Source: Bacteroidales bacterium
GTDB lineage: Bacteria; Bacteroidota; Bacteroidia; Bacteroidales; UBA3663
DNA: 64,000 bases
Assembly (NCBI GenBank): GCA_045629225.1
Contig: JAZQQU010000062.1
Location: 33,867-97,866 of the forward strand
Direction: 5' to 3'
The position numbers and the translations under genes are program-made. Below are positions 1-10,797 of the stretch, in pieces (within the stretch, counting starts at the first letter, position 1; the number at the start of each line of letters is the position of its first letter). A model generated the notes under the pieces. The model searched no databases and had not been told where the DNA came from. It saw only the letters and a list, made by a program, of their open reading frames with translations.

Positions 1-2511
1 GGACGGTTTGCTCGTGTGGCCTTCGATGGCAAGCAAGTTCAACTTCTACACCTTCGTGTAAAAAATCGCGGAGGTGACGAGATTATCGACCGCCGTGCCT
101 ACCATACTTTTGACACAACTGACTCCTATTTTCTCTGTCTGCCTGATGGTTCATGCCACATGGTAAGTGACCTCAAATCACTCACAACAAAGATACCTGA
201 CTATAAACAAGAACTCAAAGCTTTCGCACGAAATAATAAACTACGCTTCAGCAAAGCCATGCGCGAGCAGAGTCTGGTTCAATGCGCCGAATATCTGGAG
301 CAATTAGAAATTAGCGATGAAAAATCAGCAATATCCAAAGTTTATCAAAGTATAAGCCAGGAGCAGATAGTTGATTCAACCCACAACGGAACCGCCATCA
401 CCTTATTCAGCACAGACGAAATTCCTTCGCCCATAGAGCGCGTTGCTGCCTACTACCTCTACACTCCAGAAAACACCTACGAACTGGAATATGCCGACGA
501 TGATCTAGCTATCAACACTCCAGGAGTTTCGGAACTGGAAACCTTGCGCGAAACCCGCTCACTGAGCGAAGTCGAGATTGTGGGCTTCCGCCAAAAAGTG
601 TCACAGATGCAGACAGGCGTAGAGGCTTTCCGTCCCAGCATGTTACGCAATGTACCTTTAGCCATGGGCGAGGCCGACGTGCTCAAGGTGGCCATGCTCC
701 TACCAGGAGTCAGTGCCTCGGGCGAGGCATCAAGCGGTCTGAACGTGCGCGGTGGTGCTAGCGACCAGAACCTGATGCTCTACAACGGCAACACCATATT
801 CAATCCCATGCACATGTTCGGCATCTTCTCGGCCTTCAACCCCGACATGGTGTCCGAGTCAGAGCTTTACAAAGGTGGCATTCCCAGCCAGTATGGAGGT
901 CGCCTGTCGTCAGTCATGAACATCAAAGGCCGAACCGCCGACCGTCAGGACTTCCACGGCTCAGCCAGCGTAGGTCTGGTCACCGCTAAAGCAATGTTTG
1001 ACGTACCACTGATCAAAGACCGAATGTCACTGCTCATCGGCGGGCGAGCCACCTATTCCGATTGGATGCTCAAGAAACTCAGCAAGGACTCGGGCTACCG
1101 CGATGGTCAGGCAGGCTTCTGGGATGCAAGTGCCACGCTCAGCACCCTTCTTAACCGCGACCATACGCTCAACCTGAACGGCTACTACAGCAACGACCGC
1201 TTCTCGTTCACCGAATACGACAAGTATTCATACACCAACATGAACTTCTCGGCAGAACTGCGCAGCCGCTTCGGTGACCGACTCACCACCAACATCACGG
1301 CAGGCTTTGACCACTACGACTACGCCAACGACAACAACGAGTTCCACTATTCAGCCGCCCGCTTGTCGTTCGACCTCAACCAGTACTTCGTCAAGGGGCT
1401 GGCAACCTACCAGCTCAACGATGCCCACACGCTCAATGCTGGCCTCCAGGCCCAGGTCTACCAGATCATGCCAGGCCGCTACCAGCCACTGGGAGAAGAG
1501 TCGTACGTGGTGGACCGCCAGCTCGCCGACGACAATGCCATAGAGAGTGCACTCTGGGCAGAAGATTCCTGGGCCCTGACCGACCAGCTGAAACTCACAG
1601 GTGGCCTGCGTCTCAACATGTTCAAGTCAATCGACCCCGACCTGCGTCTCTCAGCCAGCTATAAGTTCACCGACAATCAGTCGATCAAAGCTGGCTTCAA
1701 CACACTTCACCAATATATCCATAAGGTTTCGAACACCGTGATTATGTCACCCACCGACACATGGGTACTCTCCAACTCCAAGATCAAGCCCCAGTCGGGC
1801 TGGCAGGCCTCAGCCGGCTACTATTGGCAGTCGGACGATATGACGTACGAGTTCTCGGCCGAAGCCTACTACAAAGGCATGGACCACTACCTGACCTACC
1901 GCAGCGCCGCCCAGCTGATGATGAATGAGGAACTCAGCAACGAGGTGGTGGGCACACAGGGCCGTGCTTATGGTCTGGAGCTTCAGATACGCAAGCTCTA
2001 CGGCAAGTTCAATGGTTGGCTCAGCTATACCTACGCCCGCACCCAGCTCCGTCAGCAGGGTGACCGAGCCACTCAGCTCCTTATCAACGAAGGCAAATGG
2101 TTCTCTGGCGACTATGACTGTCCACATGAGGTGAAGCTGGTTAGCAACTACAAATTCACCCGTCGCTACAGTACCTCGCTCAACGCAAACTACAGCTCAG
2201 GCCGCCCCTTCACGGCTCCTGTGGCTCAATTCTACAACGAGGAGCAGCACACCATCATGCCCGTCTACTCCGAACGAAATGCCTGCCGAATGCCCTATTA
2301 CTTGAGGCTCGACTGGTCGTTCAACATTGAACCATCGCACCACCTCACCAACCTCACACATAGCTGGTTTACCATCGGAGTCTATAATCTGTTGGGACGT
2401 CGCAACGCCTACTCCATCTACTATCTAACCGATAGCTGGCACATACAGGGCTACCGGCTCTCGATCTTTGGCGCCCCCATCCCATACATCAACTATAACA
2501 TCAAATTCTAA
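1..2511 (+). CDS. TonB-dependent outer-membrane receptor, 5' end runs off the window
   Basis: The frame is open from nt 1, with no stop before the GTG at 16. Plug-type motif GEADVLKVAMLLPGV...GLNVRGGASDQNLMLYNG, then a ~600-aa barrel region ending in an aromatic terminus (...YNIKF). Confidence 0.8.
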   Translation, partial: GRFARVAFDGKQVQLLHLRVKNRGGDEIIDRRAYHTFDTTDSYFLCLPDGSCHMVSDLKSLTTKIPDYKQELKAFARNNKLRFSKAMREQSLVQCAEYLEQLEISDEKSAISKVYQSISQEQIVDSTHNGTAITLFSTDEIPSPIERVAAYYLYTPENTYELEYADDDLAINTPGVSELETLRETRSLSEVEIVGFRQKVSQMQTGVEAFRPSMLRNVPLAMGEADVLKVAMLLPGVSASGEASSGLNVRGGASDQNLMLYNGNTIFNPMHMFGIFSAFNPDMVSESELYKGGIPSQYGGRLSSVMNIKGRTADRQDFHGSASVGLVTAKAMFDVPLIKDRMSLLIGGRATYSDWMLKKLSKDSGYRDGQAGFWDASATLSTLLNRDHTLNLNGYYSNDRFSFTEYDKYSYTNMNFSAELRSRFGDRLTTNITAGFDHYDYANDNNEFHYSAARLSFDLNQYFVKGLATYQLNDAHTLNAGLQAQVYQIMPGRYQPLGEESYVVDRQLADDNAIESALWAEDSWALTDQLKLTGGLRLNMFKSIDPDLRLSASYKFTDNQSIKAGFNTLHQYIHKVSNTVIMSPTDTWVLSNSKIKPQSGWQASAGYYWQSDDMTYEFSAEAYYKGMDHYLTYRSAAQLMMNEELSNEVVGTQGRAYGLELQIRKLYGKFNGWLSYTYARTQLRQQGDRATQLLINEGKWFSGDYDCPHEVKLVSNYKFTRRYSTSLNANYSSGRPFTAPVAQFYNEEQHTIMPVYSERNACRMPYYLRLDWSFNIEPSHHLTNLTHSWFTIGVYNLLGRRNAYSIYYLTDSWHIQGYRLSIFGAPIPYINYNIKF

Positions 2512-2564
2512 GGTTTATGAGGTCTTCTGAATATAAGGATATGAGGTCTTTTGGTTTTAAGATT

Positions 2565-3764
2565 ATGAAGTCCTCTGGTCACATAATCAAGCTGCTGACA
2601 GCCATCGTGGGTGCTTCCACCCTTGCCTCATGCATCGACGAATACAACGAACTGCCCGAAGGTATTACAGACGACTATATGTTGGTAGTCGATGGACAGA
2701 TTGAGAGCTCACACCTCTGTGTCTTCACTCTTGGCCACACGGTAGGCATCGACAAGGCTTGCTACCCCTCCATGGGCTCTGTGAGCGGTGCCCAGATATC
2801 CGTCCGAGGCAGCAACGGTACTATCTATCAGGGGTATGAGGACAACATTCAATCAGGTCGCTACTATGTACAGACCGACAAGTTAGACCCCAACGCTACC
2901 TATTCGCTCCACATCGACGCCCCTAACTACGGCTCTTTCGCCAGCGATCCACTCAAACCGCTCGACGCTCCCGACATCATGGAGCTCACCTACGAGCTTC
3001 CCAGACCGGATGATGAGGTCGACTTCCTCCTCACCACCACCGACCCACACGGAACAACCTATCTGTTGTGGGAGTATGACGAATACTGGGAGATTTACAC
3101 ACCCTACACCACTTACTGGGAGTACGTCGTCGAGGAGGAGGGGCAAACCTCTCCCCCCAAGTACAAGGGTCAATTCCAGCACATTCCTTTCGACCGTATG
3201 ACCCACCATGGTTGGTGTCGTCGCCTCGACAATTCGGGCATCATCACCAGCAACAAAGACTACGGACAGGGCGCACTCCAGAAGTTCTGCCTCTACCAAC
3301 GACACAAGGACAACGTGCGCTTTCAGACACGTTACTATACTCATGTGCGTCAGAAGTCCATCTCACCACAAGAGTACGAGTATCGACACCTCATGAAGAC
3401 TCAGAGTAGCGAGATGGGCGGTCTCTTCACCCCCATGCCCACTGAGTTGCCCGGCAACATACGCTGTCTGGAGGGTAATGCCCGCGCCATTGGCTATGTG
3501 GGCGTGCGTGGACATGTGGCCGAGGCCGAGCTCTACGTAGCCCGTAAGGACGTGCAGTGCACATTCTACGACTTCCCCAAAGAAGTGCCAGACTCACTGA
3601 TTGACGAACTCGGTCCCATCAAATTGGTGCTCCAAGGCTATCGAGTAAAGGACTACGACCCCTATCAGGGCAAAGCTAATTGGACATACCGCTGGGGCGT
3701 CGATTGCACCGACCCTCATTGGGGTGCCTCGCTCCTGAAGCCAGAGTTTTGGCAGTACGAATAG
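2565..3764 (+). CDS. DUF4249-like lipoprotein, the usual partner of this receptor class
   Basis: Signal plus lipobox (LLTAIVGASTLASC), an early LVVDGQI motif, and a position 6 nt after the receptor gene. The start is chosen at MKSSGH; the ORF track starts at 2517. Confidence 0.55.
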   Translation: MKSSGHIIKLLTAIVGASTLASCIDEYNELPEGITDDYMLVVDGQIESSHLCVFTLGHTVGIDKACYPSMGSVSGAQISVRGSNGTIYQGYEDNIQSGRYYVQTDKLDPNATYSLHIDAPNYGSFASDPLKPLDAPDIMELTYELPRPDDEVDFLLTTTDPHGTTYLLWEYDEYWEIYTPYTTYWEYVVEEEGQTSPPKYKGQFQHIPFDRMTHHGWCRRLDNSGIITSNKDYGQGALQKFCLYQRHKDNVRFQTRYYTHVRQKSISPQEYEYRHLMKTQSSEMGGLFTPMPTELPGNIRCLEGNARAIGYVGVRGHVAEAELYVARKDVQCTFYDFPKEVPDSLIDELGPIKLVLQGYRVKDYDPYQGKANWTYRWGVDCTDPHWGASLLKPEFWQYE

Positions 3765-3831
3765 ACTGAGAGTGAGAAACTGTACTAACAAACAGAGATC
3801 TCTAGAGCCATACCTTCAAACGCAAACTATC

Positions 3832-5469
3832 ATGACAACAATATTATCCCTACTTCTTCTCTTTCTCGCCCCCACGCTTTTTGCTCAGCAGTCACTTCTG
3901 TCTCTACCGCAGGAGCACGTCGCTGCCTTCACCGACAAGGAATGTTACTTGGCTGGCGAGCGACTGTGTGTGCGTGTTGATGTTACCCTACCAGACGGAT
4001 CTGCTTCACCCAGCGCAGTGGCCTACGTCGAGGTGGCAGACACACGTCAACTCTATGCACAGGCCATGGTATATCTCACACAAGGCCAAGGTTGGGCCGA
4101 ACTGTCCCTGCCCACCACTATGCACAGTGGGACCTATCAGCTCACCGCCTACACCCGTGCACTGCGCAACTTCGGACCTGACACTTTCTTCAGCACATTG
4201 GTGGGTGTGATTAATGGCGAACAACTCTCGCGCCGAGATGATATCTTGTTCCTCCCCTACTCACCAGATTCTGTCAGCGGTCAACTATCCTATGATCTAC
4301 TCACTGCCAACGTGTTTTCACCTGGTGACCCTATCACTCTGCATCTTCCCCAGGGTGAACAACAAGACAAACTGGACTATGCCGTTACAATCGAAGGTTC
4401 AAATCTATTTGTCCGCTTGGACGAGCCCGCCAATCATCAGAATCCAGAGACATCTAAGACACAAGCACACTCTAGCCATTCGAGCTTAACATCCGGCTCT
4501 TTCATGCCAGAACTCGAAGGCCATATAGTCCGTGCTATCACCTCACTGCAACTGTCACCCACAGACTCTCTATCTATCATCCGTCAGTCGCGACTCGCTC
4601 TGGTGGGCAAGATGGCCAGTCTCTTCGATGGCCAGCAACAGTCCGATGGTTCATTTCTTTACTACACAACAGGCATACAGGGGCATCTGCCCACTCTTGT
4701 CAATGCTTACGATTACAATGGTAGAGCTGTTCCAATGCAGCTCACCACACCTTATGCACAGGTTCTTCCCCGAACATTACCCACTCTTCGCGTTTTTTGC
4801 CAAGAGCCCGATCTGCTGGCTCGTGCCACTGCTGCACGCTATCAGGCAGTCGTTACCCACCAACTCAATATTGATAGTCTTGCTCATTCAGTGGGTTTTA
4901 TGTCACAGGAGCCACGTTTCTTCTACGACCTCGACGAATATACCCAGATGAGCACTATCCGTGAGGTGTTGCTCGAGTTTGTCAAAGGTGTTCAACGCCG
5001 TCGCGAGGATGGTGTGAGTATGCTCTTCACCACTCTTGAAGAAACTCACAAATACTCCAACTGGCCCGCTCTCGTTCTGCTCGATGGCATGCCAGTTTAT
5101 GACATCGATGAAATACTTGATTATGATGCCCACCTGGTTCGCTACGTACAGATTTATACGGGACGCTTCAGCTTCGGCAACACCTGCTGCCAAGGTGTCA
5201 TCTCGTTCATCACTCGCGGTGGCCGTCTTTCGAATTACAAACTCGATGCCGGTTCGCACCTTATGTCGTATGATTTTCCTCAAGATCACCCTTCCTACCA
5301 ATGTCAAATACCACTGAACCAAGGCACTATCCTTTGGGCTCCTTCTGTACACACTTCACAACTCACTTTTCCAGCCCCGAACACACCAGGACGTTACTAC
5401 ATCAACATACAAGGACGCACCACTGATAGTACGCCCTTGCACTTGTATACGATATTTGAGGTGAGATAA
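3832..5469 (+). CDS. secreted hypothetical protein
   Basis: Signal peptide MTTILSLLLLFLAPTLFAQQ. A C-terminal stretch resembles the end of a TonB-receptor plug (LVLLDGMPVYDIDEIL...GVISFITRGG) with no barrel after it. Confidence 0.6.
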   Translation: MTTILSLLLLFLAPTLFAQQSLLSLPQEHVAAFTDKECYLAGERLCVRVDVTLPDGSASPSAVAYVEVADTRQLYAQAMVYLTQGQGWAELSLPTTMHSGTYQLTAYTRALRNFGPDTFFSTLVGVINGEQLSRRDDILFLPYSPDSVSGQLSYDLLTANVFSPGDPITLHLPQGEQQDKLDYAVTIEGSNLFVRLDEPANHQNPETSKTQAHSSHSSLTSGSFMPELEGHIVRAITSLQLSPTDSLSIIRQSRLALVGKMASLFDGQQQSDGSFLYYTTGIQGHLPTLVNAYDYNGRAVPMQLTTPYAQVLPRTLPTLRVFCQEPDLLARATAARYQAVVTHQLNIDSLAHSVGFMSQEPRFFYDLDEYTQMSTIREVLLEFVKGVQRRREDGVSMLFTTLEETHKYSNWPALVLLDGMPVYDIDEILDYDAHLVRYVQIYTGRFSFGNTCCQGVISFITRGGRLSNYKLDAGSHLMSYDFPQDHPSYQCQIPLNQGTILWAPSVHTSQLTFPAPNTPGRYYINIQGRTTDSTPLHLYTIFEVR

Positions 5470-5483
5470 TCTTTATCGTATGA

Positions 5484-5942
5484 TTATTTACGCAAAGTCC
5501 GCAGGAATAACAATAAAATAATCCAAACAATAACCACTCCTAACGTATCGGCCACCCAGTCAATAATATCTCCACTGCGTGTTCCGCCCGTGCAAGTAGC
5601 TTGAAGCACTTCCATCCACCCTCCTAGAAAAATGGGGAACCACAGAGCTCCAAGTCGAAGATGATGCATATTGAAGGATTCCCGACGAAGTGACTTTAGG
5701 TCGATTCGCTGCAATTTCCCATGCTCCCAAAAACCTTGCATTCCGTGATGGCACATGTATTCGTAAATGAAAGTTAGACCTAACCCTCCAAACATCACGA
5801 GGTGTGTCCATTTATCAATAAAGGCAATGCCATTGAGAGGAGTCTCGGGCACAGGAAAGAGACATAGTACATGGATTGCGACTACTACCAGCCACGTTAG
5901 CGGATAGTGTCGCAATCCAATTTTTTCGAAGAATTGTTTCAT
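5484..5942 (-). CDS. VanZ-like small membrane protein
   Basis: 152 aa with about 4 hydrophobic helices and a DKWTH motif. Its ATG overlaps the stop of the upstream GH51 gene (TAATG). Confidence 0.5.
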   Translation of the reverse strand: MKQFFEKIGLRHYPLTWLVVVAIHVLCLFPVPETPLNGIAFIDKWTHLVMFGGLGLTFIYEYMCHHGMQGFWEHGKLQRIDLKSLRRESFNMHHLRLGALWFPIFLGGWMEVLQATCTGGTRSGDIIDWVADTLGVVIVWIILLLFLRTLRK

Positions 5943-7531
5943 TATTTAAGCGTCAAAGTTACCACGCTATGTGCAGGAATAGTTACAAGGAGCTGACCCT
6001 GCTTGTTGAGCTTGGCGCCAGTGAAGACAGCTGGCTTGACATCATTAGGGTGTGAGAAGTCGTTATGGGCATGTACATCGGCAGCAGAAATGATCTCACC
6101 CTCGGCGCCCTTGAGTTTCATGCCATCCACGTTGATAGCCACTACATGTTGCTGGGCCACGTCGAGGTTACTGAGTGAGACGTGAATCTTGCCGTCCTTA
6201 CCCTTCGACGCAGAAGAGCTTACGGTTGGAATCTGTTCTTTAGCATTAACCGAGATGTAGTTGCAACTGAGATCTGCAGGGATGAAGGTACCCTCCTTGT
6301 GTACATTATACATCTTGAATACATGATAGGTTGGGGTCAGCACACATGGGTCTGAGGGATTTTTCTCGTTGGTCAGAATCATGGACTGAAGCACGTTGAC
6401 CACCTGAGCGATGTTGGCCATCTTGACACGGTCGGTGTACTTGTGGAAAATATCGAGCGACGAGGCAGCAATCACGGCATCGCGCATGGTGTTCTGCTGA
6501 TAGAGCCAGCCAGGGTTGGTGCCGGGCTCCACGTTGTACCAGGTTCCCCACTCGTCGAACATGATGGCCACCTTCTTCTCAGGATCATAACGGTCCATCA
6601 CATCGCAGTGTGCACGGATGATATCCTCTATCTCCAACGACTTTGAGACGATCTCGTAGTAGTTCTGCGTAGTGTAGTCTAGGGCTGAGCCCTTCTTGCC
6701 CATAGGGATGCCAGTGATAGGATCGTCCTCCGAACCCCAGTCACGTACAGCGTAGAAATGTACGGAGATGCCATCCATGTTGAAGCGGCACTCGCGCATG
6801 GCCACGTCCATCCAATGGGTATCGCCACCGTTGGCACCCGAAGCAATGCGGAACAAGCGATTGTCACCATAGTTGCGAGCATAAGTATTATAGCGCTTGT
6901 ACTCATTAACATAGTACTCAATGGTCATATTGCCGCCACAGCCCCATGACTCATTACCTACACCGAAGTACTTAACATTCCATGGCTTCTCGCGGCCATT
7001 CTTACGGCGCAGCTCAGCCATGGTGGAATTAGTGTCAGAGTTCATGTACTCTACCCACTTTGCCATCTCCTCGACAGAGCCCGAGCCCACGTTACCCGAG
7101 ATGTATGGCTCCACGCCGAGCATCTCACAGAGGTTGAGGAACTCGTGAGTGCCAAATGAATTATCCTCGACGGTTCCACCCCAGTTTGTATTGACCATAC
7201 GTGGACGATTCTCCTGTGGGCCAATGCCATCCATCCAATGATACTCATCGGCGAAACAGCCACCAGGCCAGCGCATTACAGGCACCTCTAGGGCTTTGAG
7301 AGCCTCAAATACATCCTTGCGATAACCCTCAATATTAGGAATGTTTGAGTCCTTACCAACCCAGATGCCGCCGTAGATACAACGACCCAGATGCTCGGCG
7401 AACTGGCCATAGATTTCTTTTGGAATGACGGTGTTGGCTTGATCAGGGTGCAGAGTGAGCTGCACATCCTGAGCCATCAGCGAGAGAGGAAGGGCAGCGC
7501 CCAGAGTCACGATGGAAAGAATTTTCTTCAT
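5942..7531 (-). CDS. alpha-L-arabinofuranosidase, GH51
   Basis: [20 protein letters not shown] and [11 protein letters not shown] motifs typical of GH51. The start is set at MKKILSIV (signal peptide) because the upstream ATG at 7579 lies inside the -7 box. Confidence 0.85.
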   Translation of the reverse strand: MKKILSIVTLGAALPLSLMAQDVQLTLHPDQANTVIPKEIYGQFAEHLGRCIYGGIWVGKDSNIPNIEGYRKDVFEALKALEVPVMRWPGGCFADEYHWMDGIGPQENRPRMVNTNWGGTVEDNSFGTHEFLNLCEMLGVEPYISGNVGSGSVEEMAKWVEYMNSDTNSTMAELRRKNGREKPWNVKYFGVGNESWGCGGNMTIEYYVNEYKRYNTYARNYGDNRLFRIASGANGGDTHWMDVAMRECRFNMDGISVHFYAVRDWGSEDDPITGIPMGKKGSALDYTTQNYYEIVSKSLEIEDIIRAHCDVMDRYDPEKKVAIMFDEWGTWYNVEPGTNPGWLYQQNTMRDAVIAASSLDIFHKYTDRVKMANIAQVVNVLQSMILTNEKNPSDPCVLTPTYHVFKMYNVHKEGTFIPADLSCNYISVNAKEQIPTVSSSASKGKDGKIHVSLSNLDVAQQHVVAINVDGMKLKGAEGEIISAADVHAHNDFSHPNDVKPAVFTGAKLNKQGQLLVTIPAHSVVTLTLK

Positions 7532-7576
7532 GGGATAAGTTGTTATTGTGTTATACTGATGTTTTGTTGATGGGTG

Positions 7577-7584
7577 CAAATATA
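7577..7584 (-). promoter_or_regulatory. Bacteroidota -7 box for the GH51 gene
   Basis: Minus strand reads TATATTTG (TAnnTTTG). TTTG lies exactly 20 nt upstream (plus-strand CAAA at 7605-7608). Confidence 0.6.
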
Positions 7585-7699
7585 CTTTTTTTTGACGAAC
7601 TATACAAATAATATATATGAATTAGGCAAAAAAGATATAAAAATGTAACACAAAAGAAGAGTTTTGGCCATTTTTGGCTTGTAATTGGAAAAAAAATGC

Positions 7700-7707
7700 T
7701 ATATTTG
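7700..7707 (+). promoter_or_regulatory. Bacteroidota -7 box for the GH97 gene
   Basis: TATATTTG sits 73 nt upstream of the ATG at 7780. TTTG at 7673-7676 gives a spacer of 23 nt. Confidence 0.5.
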
Positions 7708-7779
7708 CAGCACAAACGCTGAATTACATTCCGAACAAAGAGGAAAAAACAATGTGCAAACTATAAAACAAAAATACCG

Positions 7780-9843
7780 ATGAAACATTTCTCCATGCTG
7801 CTCTTTATAGCAGCCACATCACTCAGTGCCTCGGCTGCACCTTCCAGCGAGGCCACTGTCACCAGCCCCAACGGCAAGCTGACAGTCACTATAGCCGAAC
7901 GCTTCGGCCGCGTATCATACAGCGTGAAATATGACGGACAGACAGCGCTGCGCCCCTCGCAGCTAGGCCTGATCACCAACGTGAACGATCTGGCCACTGG
8001 CCTCACCATGGTGAGCCATAAGGACAGCACAATCTGCGAGGACTATACTCTAACCCGCTCCAAGCAGAGCCAGGTTCACTACGAAGCCAATGCCATGACA
8101 ATAACCCTACAAAACCCTCGCGGTGAAAAAATACAAGTGGAGTGGCGTGTATCGGACAACGACATTGCCATGCGTTACTTGCTACCTAAAGAGGGAGAGA
8201 CAGGCAGCGTACGAGTGCTGAGCGAGGCCACCTCTTTCACTTTCCCCGACGGCACCACCACCTTCTTGACCCCACAGAGCGACGCCATGATAGGCTGGAA
8301 ACGCACCAAACCCAGCTATGAAGAGCCCTACACATGGGATGCCCCAATGAACCAGGCTTCTGACTACGGACATGGCTACACATGGCCAGCATTGTTCCAC
8401 ATAAATGGCTCCACCCTCCAGCTTGAAGGGTTGAATAGCACGAAAGGCCCCTCCCATTCAAACACCTCAACCCCTTCAAATGCCCAAGACCTCTGGCTCA
8501 TGCTCAGCGAGACCGGCGTAGATAGCCACTACTGTGCCTCACATCTCAGCGATGTACGAATGGGAAACACCTACACCATAGCCTACCCGATGGAAGAGGA
8601 AAACAATGGTATCGGAACAACTTCGGCCGCCGTACAGCTGCCTGCCGTGACCCCATGGCGCACCATCACAGTAGGTACCACGCTCAAGCCTATCGTCGAG
8701 ACAACTGCCCCATGGGACAACGTGAAGCCACTATATGACATCGATTTTGACTTCCGTCCAGGTCGCGGTACTTGGAGTTGGATCCTATGGCAGGATGAAT
8801 CAATAAACTACGACGATCTCTGCCGCTATGTAGACTTGGCCAAAGCCATGGGTTATGAATACGTGCTGGCAGACAACTGGTGGGACACCAACCTGGGCAA
8901 GAATGCAGACAACAGCGCTAAGAACCCTGCCAAGAGCATAGAGAAATACATCGAGTATGCTCATTCACAAGGCATAGACGTATGGCTATGGTATAGTTCA
9001 AGCGGCTACTGGAATGACATTGTCCAGGGGCCGACCTCAAGGATGAGCAACAGTATCGTGCGCAAAAAAGAGATGAAGTGGATGAAGAGCCTCGGCGTGA
9101 AGGGCATCAAGGTCGATTTCTTCGGTGGAGACAAGCAGGAGACTCTCCGTCTGTACGAAGACATTCTCTGCGATGCTGCCGAATATGGTCTGATGGTCAT
9201 CTTTCACGGCTGCACGCTACCACGAGGATGGGAGCGAATGTATCCCAACTACGCAGGCTCAGAGGCTGTACTGGCCTCGGAGAACCTGATCTTTGGTCAG
9301 AACCATTGTGATCTGGAGGCCAAAAATGCCACCCTTCACCCTGTGCTGCGTAATACAGTGGGATGCATGGAGTTCGGCGGATCGTTCCAGAATCGTTACA
9401 TGAACCATGACAACCTGCCTGGGCGCGGAACTGTTCGTCGCACTACCTCCACTTTCAGCTTAGCTACTGCTGTGTTATACCAAAACCCTATCCAGAACTT
9501 TGCACTAGCTCCCAACAACCTTACTGATGCCCCTGAAGTAAGCATGGATTTTATGCGCAATATTCCAACCACTTGGGATGAAACACGTTACATCGATGGC
9601 TACCCAGGCCGCTATCTGGTCATTGCTCGCCGACATGGCTGGACTTGGTACATTGCCGGAGTCTCAGCCGATGAGCATCCCATCAAGTTATCCCTCGACC
9701 TTTCGTGGCTCCCGACACTCGCAAACGCCATACTCTATTGTGGCGGAGATAACCCGACAGCCACTCCACTCAAGGCAGACAAAAAGGGGCTTGTAAAGCT
9801 GACGCTCAACAATAACGACGGATGTGTGATTGTGGCTGAATAA
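7780..9843 (+). CDS. glycoside hydrolase family 97 (alpha-glucosidase/alpha-galactosidase type)
   Basis: Signal peptide, an N-terminal SPNGKLTVTI...YSVKYDGQTALRPSQLGL pattern and GVKGIKVDFFGGDKQ, as I recall for SusB-like GH97 enzymes. Confidence 0.7.
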   Translation: MKHFSMLLFIAATSLSASAAPSSEATVTSPNGKLTVTIAERFGRVSYSVKYDGQTALRPSQLGLITNVNDLATGLTMVSHKDSTICEDYTLTRSKQSQVHYEANAMTITLQNPRGEKIQVEWRVSDNDIAMRYLLPKEGETGSVRVLSEATSFTFPDGTTTFLTPQSDAMIGWKRTKPSYEEPYTWDAPMNQASDYGHGYTWPALFHINGSTLQLEGLNSTKGPSHSNTSTPSNAQDLWLMLSETGVDSHYCASHLSDVRMGNTYTIAYPMEEENNGIGTTSAAVQLPAVTPWRTITVGTTLKPIVETTAPWDNVKPLYDIDFDFRPGRGTWSWILWQDESINYDDLCRYVDLAKAMGYEYVLADNWWDTNLGKNADNSAKNPAKSIEKYIEYAHSQGIDVWLWYSSSGYWNDIVQGPTSRMSNSIVRKKEMKWMKSLGVKGIKVDFFGGDKQETLRLYEDILCDAAEYGLMVIFHGCTLPRGWERMYPNYAGSEAVLASENLIFGQNHCDLEAKNATLHPVLRNTVGCMEFGGSFQNRYMNHDNLPGRGTVRRTTSTFSLATAVLYQNPIQNFALAPNNLTDAPEVSMDFMRNIPTTWDETRYIDGYPGRYLVIARRHGWTWYIAGVSADEHPIKLSLDLSWLPTLANAILYCGGDNPTATPLKADKKGLVKLTLNNNDGCVIVAE

Positions 9844-9922
9844 TGCCATCTCAATGTGCTCCGACAAAAGGTGTCACAGGAAATATCCCAATCCACCTCT
9901 AAAGTAATCATAAGAAAACAAT

Positions 9923-9965
9923 AAAAGGAAATCAATACGTCTGCAAAGTCCGTTGATTTCCTTTT
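9923..9965. terminator. bidirectional hairpin between convergent genes
   Basis: AAAAGGAAATCAA pairs with TTGATTTCCTTTT in a 13-bp stem. A/T runs are built into both arms. Confidence 0.6.
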
Positions 9966-9993
9966 ATTGTTTTTATGAAAAAGAGAATAAAAA

Positions 9994-10761
9994 TCAGATT
10001 CGGTCGTTCATTAAGTTTTGAGCCAGATCCTCACGGATCTTGGCATAATCCTTCGACTGTAAGTACTTGCGTATCAACTCCACATGGTGACGATTATGGA
10101 GATCACTACCCATAAAATTGACCATGCCCTCGTCCAAAAGACGGAAAGCTGCCTTCTGGACTGTCTCTCCATAATAACCACTGAAGGAGAGGATATTGCA
10201 CTGGAACTCCACACCCAAATCCTGCAAGTGTTCGTATGGGCGCAATCCACGACGAGCATAATAATGATAACGTTCAGGATGAGCCATGATAAGATACCAA
10301 CCCTGTTCCTGCAACTTGTAGCATACCTCATCGAGGTTGATAAGCGGCTGGGCGAAACTATTCTCAATGAGCAGATAGCGCCCTGACAACGGGCGCAGCT
10401 GGCACTGGTCATCCCCCCACTTGGCTCCTTCCATAATCTGTAGGAAGCTCTCATCAAGACGGTATTCGAAACTATAGTTCTCCATTTCCAATGGAATCTG
10501 CTGGCGAGCTGCTTCCTCCTTCAACTGAAGGAAGAGCGGCTCAATGCGCTCGGATGTATTGAGGAAATTTGGGAAAGTATGATGAGGCGTAAAGACGACT
10601 CGCTCCACACCAAACTCATGCAACGCTTTGAGAAATTCCAGCGAATATGACTGTTCGGGAGAGCCGTCATCAACACCTGGAATGATGTGACAATGCAACT
10701 CGCGCTTATAAGGCAAGGGCAAGAGTTCGTGGTGACGACGGAACAAAAAATCTAAAAACAT
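9994..10761 (-). CDS. CpsB/CapC-type PHP-domain protein-tyrosine phosphatase
   Basis: HCHIIPGVDDGSPE, TPHH, AHPERY and GSDLHN metal-ligand motifs of the family. Confidence 0.75.
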   Translation of the reverse strand: MFLDFLFRRHHELLPLPYKRELHCHIIPGVDDGSPEQSYSLEFLKALHEFGVERVVFTPHHTFPNFLNTSERIEPLFLQLKEEAARQQIPLEMENYSFEYRLDESFLQIMEGAKWGDDQCQLRPLSGRYLLIENSFAQPLINLDEVCYKLQEQGWYLIMAHPERYHYYARRGLRPYEHLQDLGVEFQCNILSFSGYYGETVQKAAFRLLDEGMVNFMGSDLHNRHHVELIRKYLQSKDYAKIREDLAQNLMNDRI

Positions 10762-10789
10762 TCTCGTATTCTTTACTTTTTAAGCACCG

Positions 10790-10797
10790 CAAAGTTA
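10790..10797 (-). promoter_or_regulatory. -7 box for the phosphatase gene
   Basis: Minus strand reads TAACTTTG. TTTG lies 20 nt upstream (plus-strand CAAA at 10818-10821). Confidence 0.55.

Noticed and set aside
7532-7579. Longer N-terminal extensions offered by the ORF track (starts at 7579, 10928, 35296, 35841, 47356, 55236, 62286).
   Set aside because: The upstream ATGs lie inside or upstream of the predicted -7 promoter boxes, or precede well-conserved family N termini or signal peptides. Shorter starts were used.
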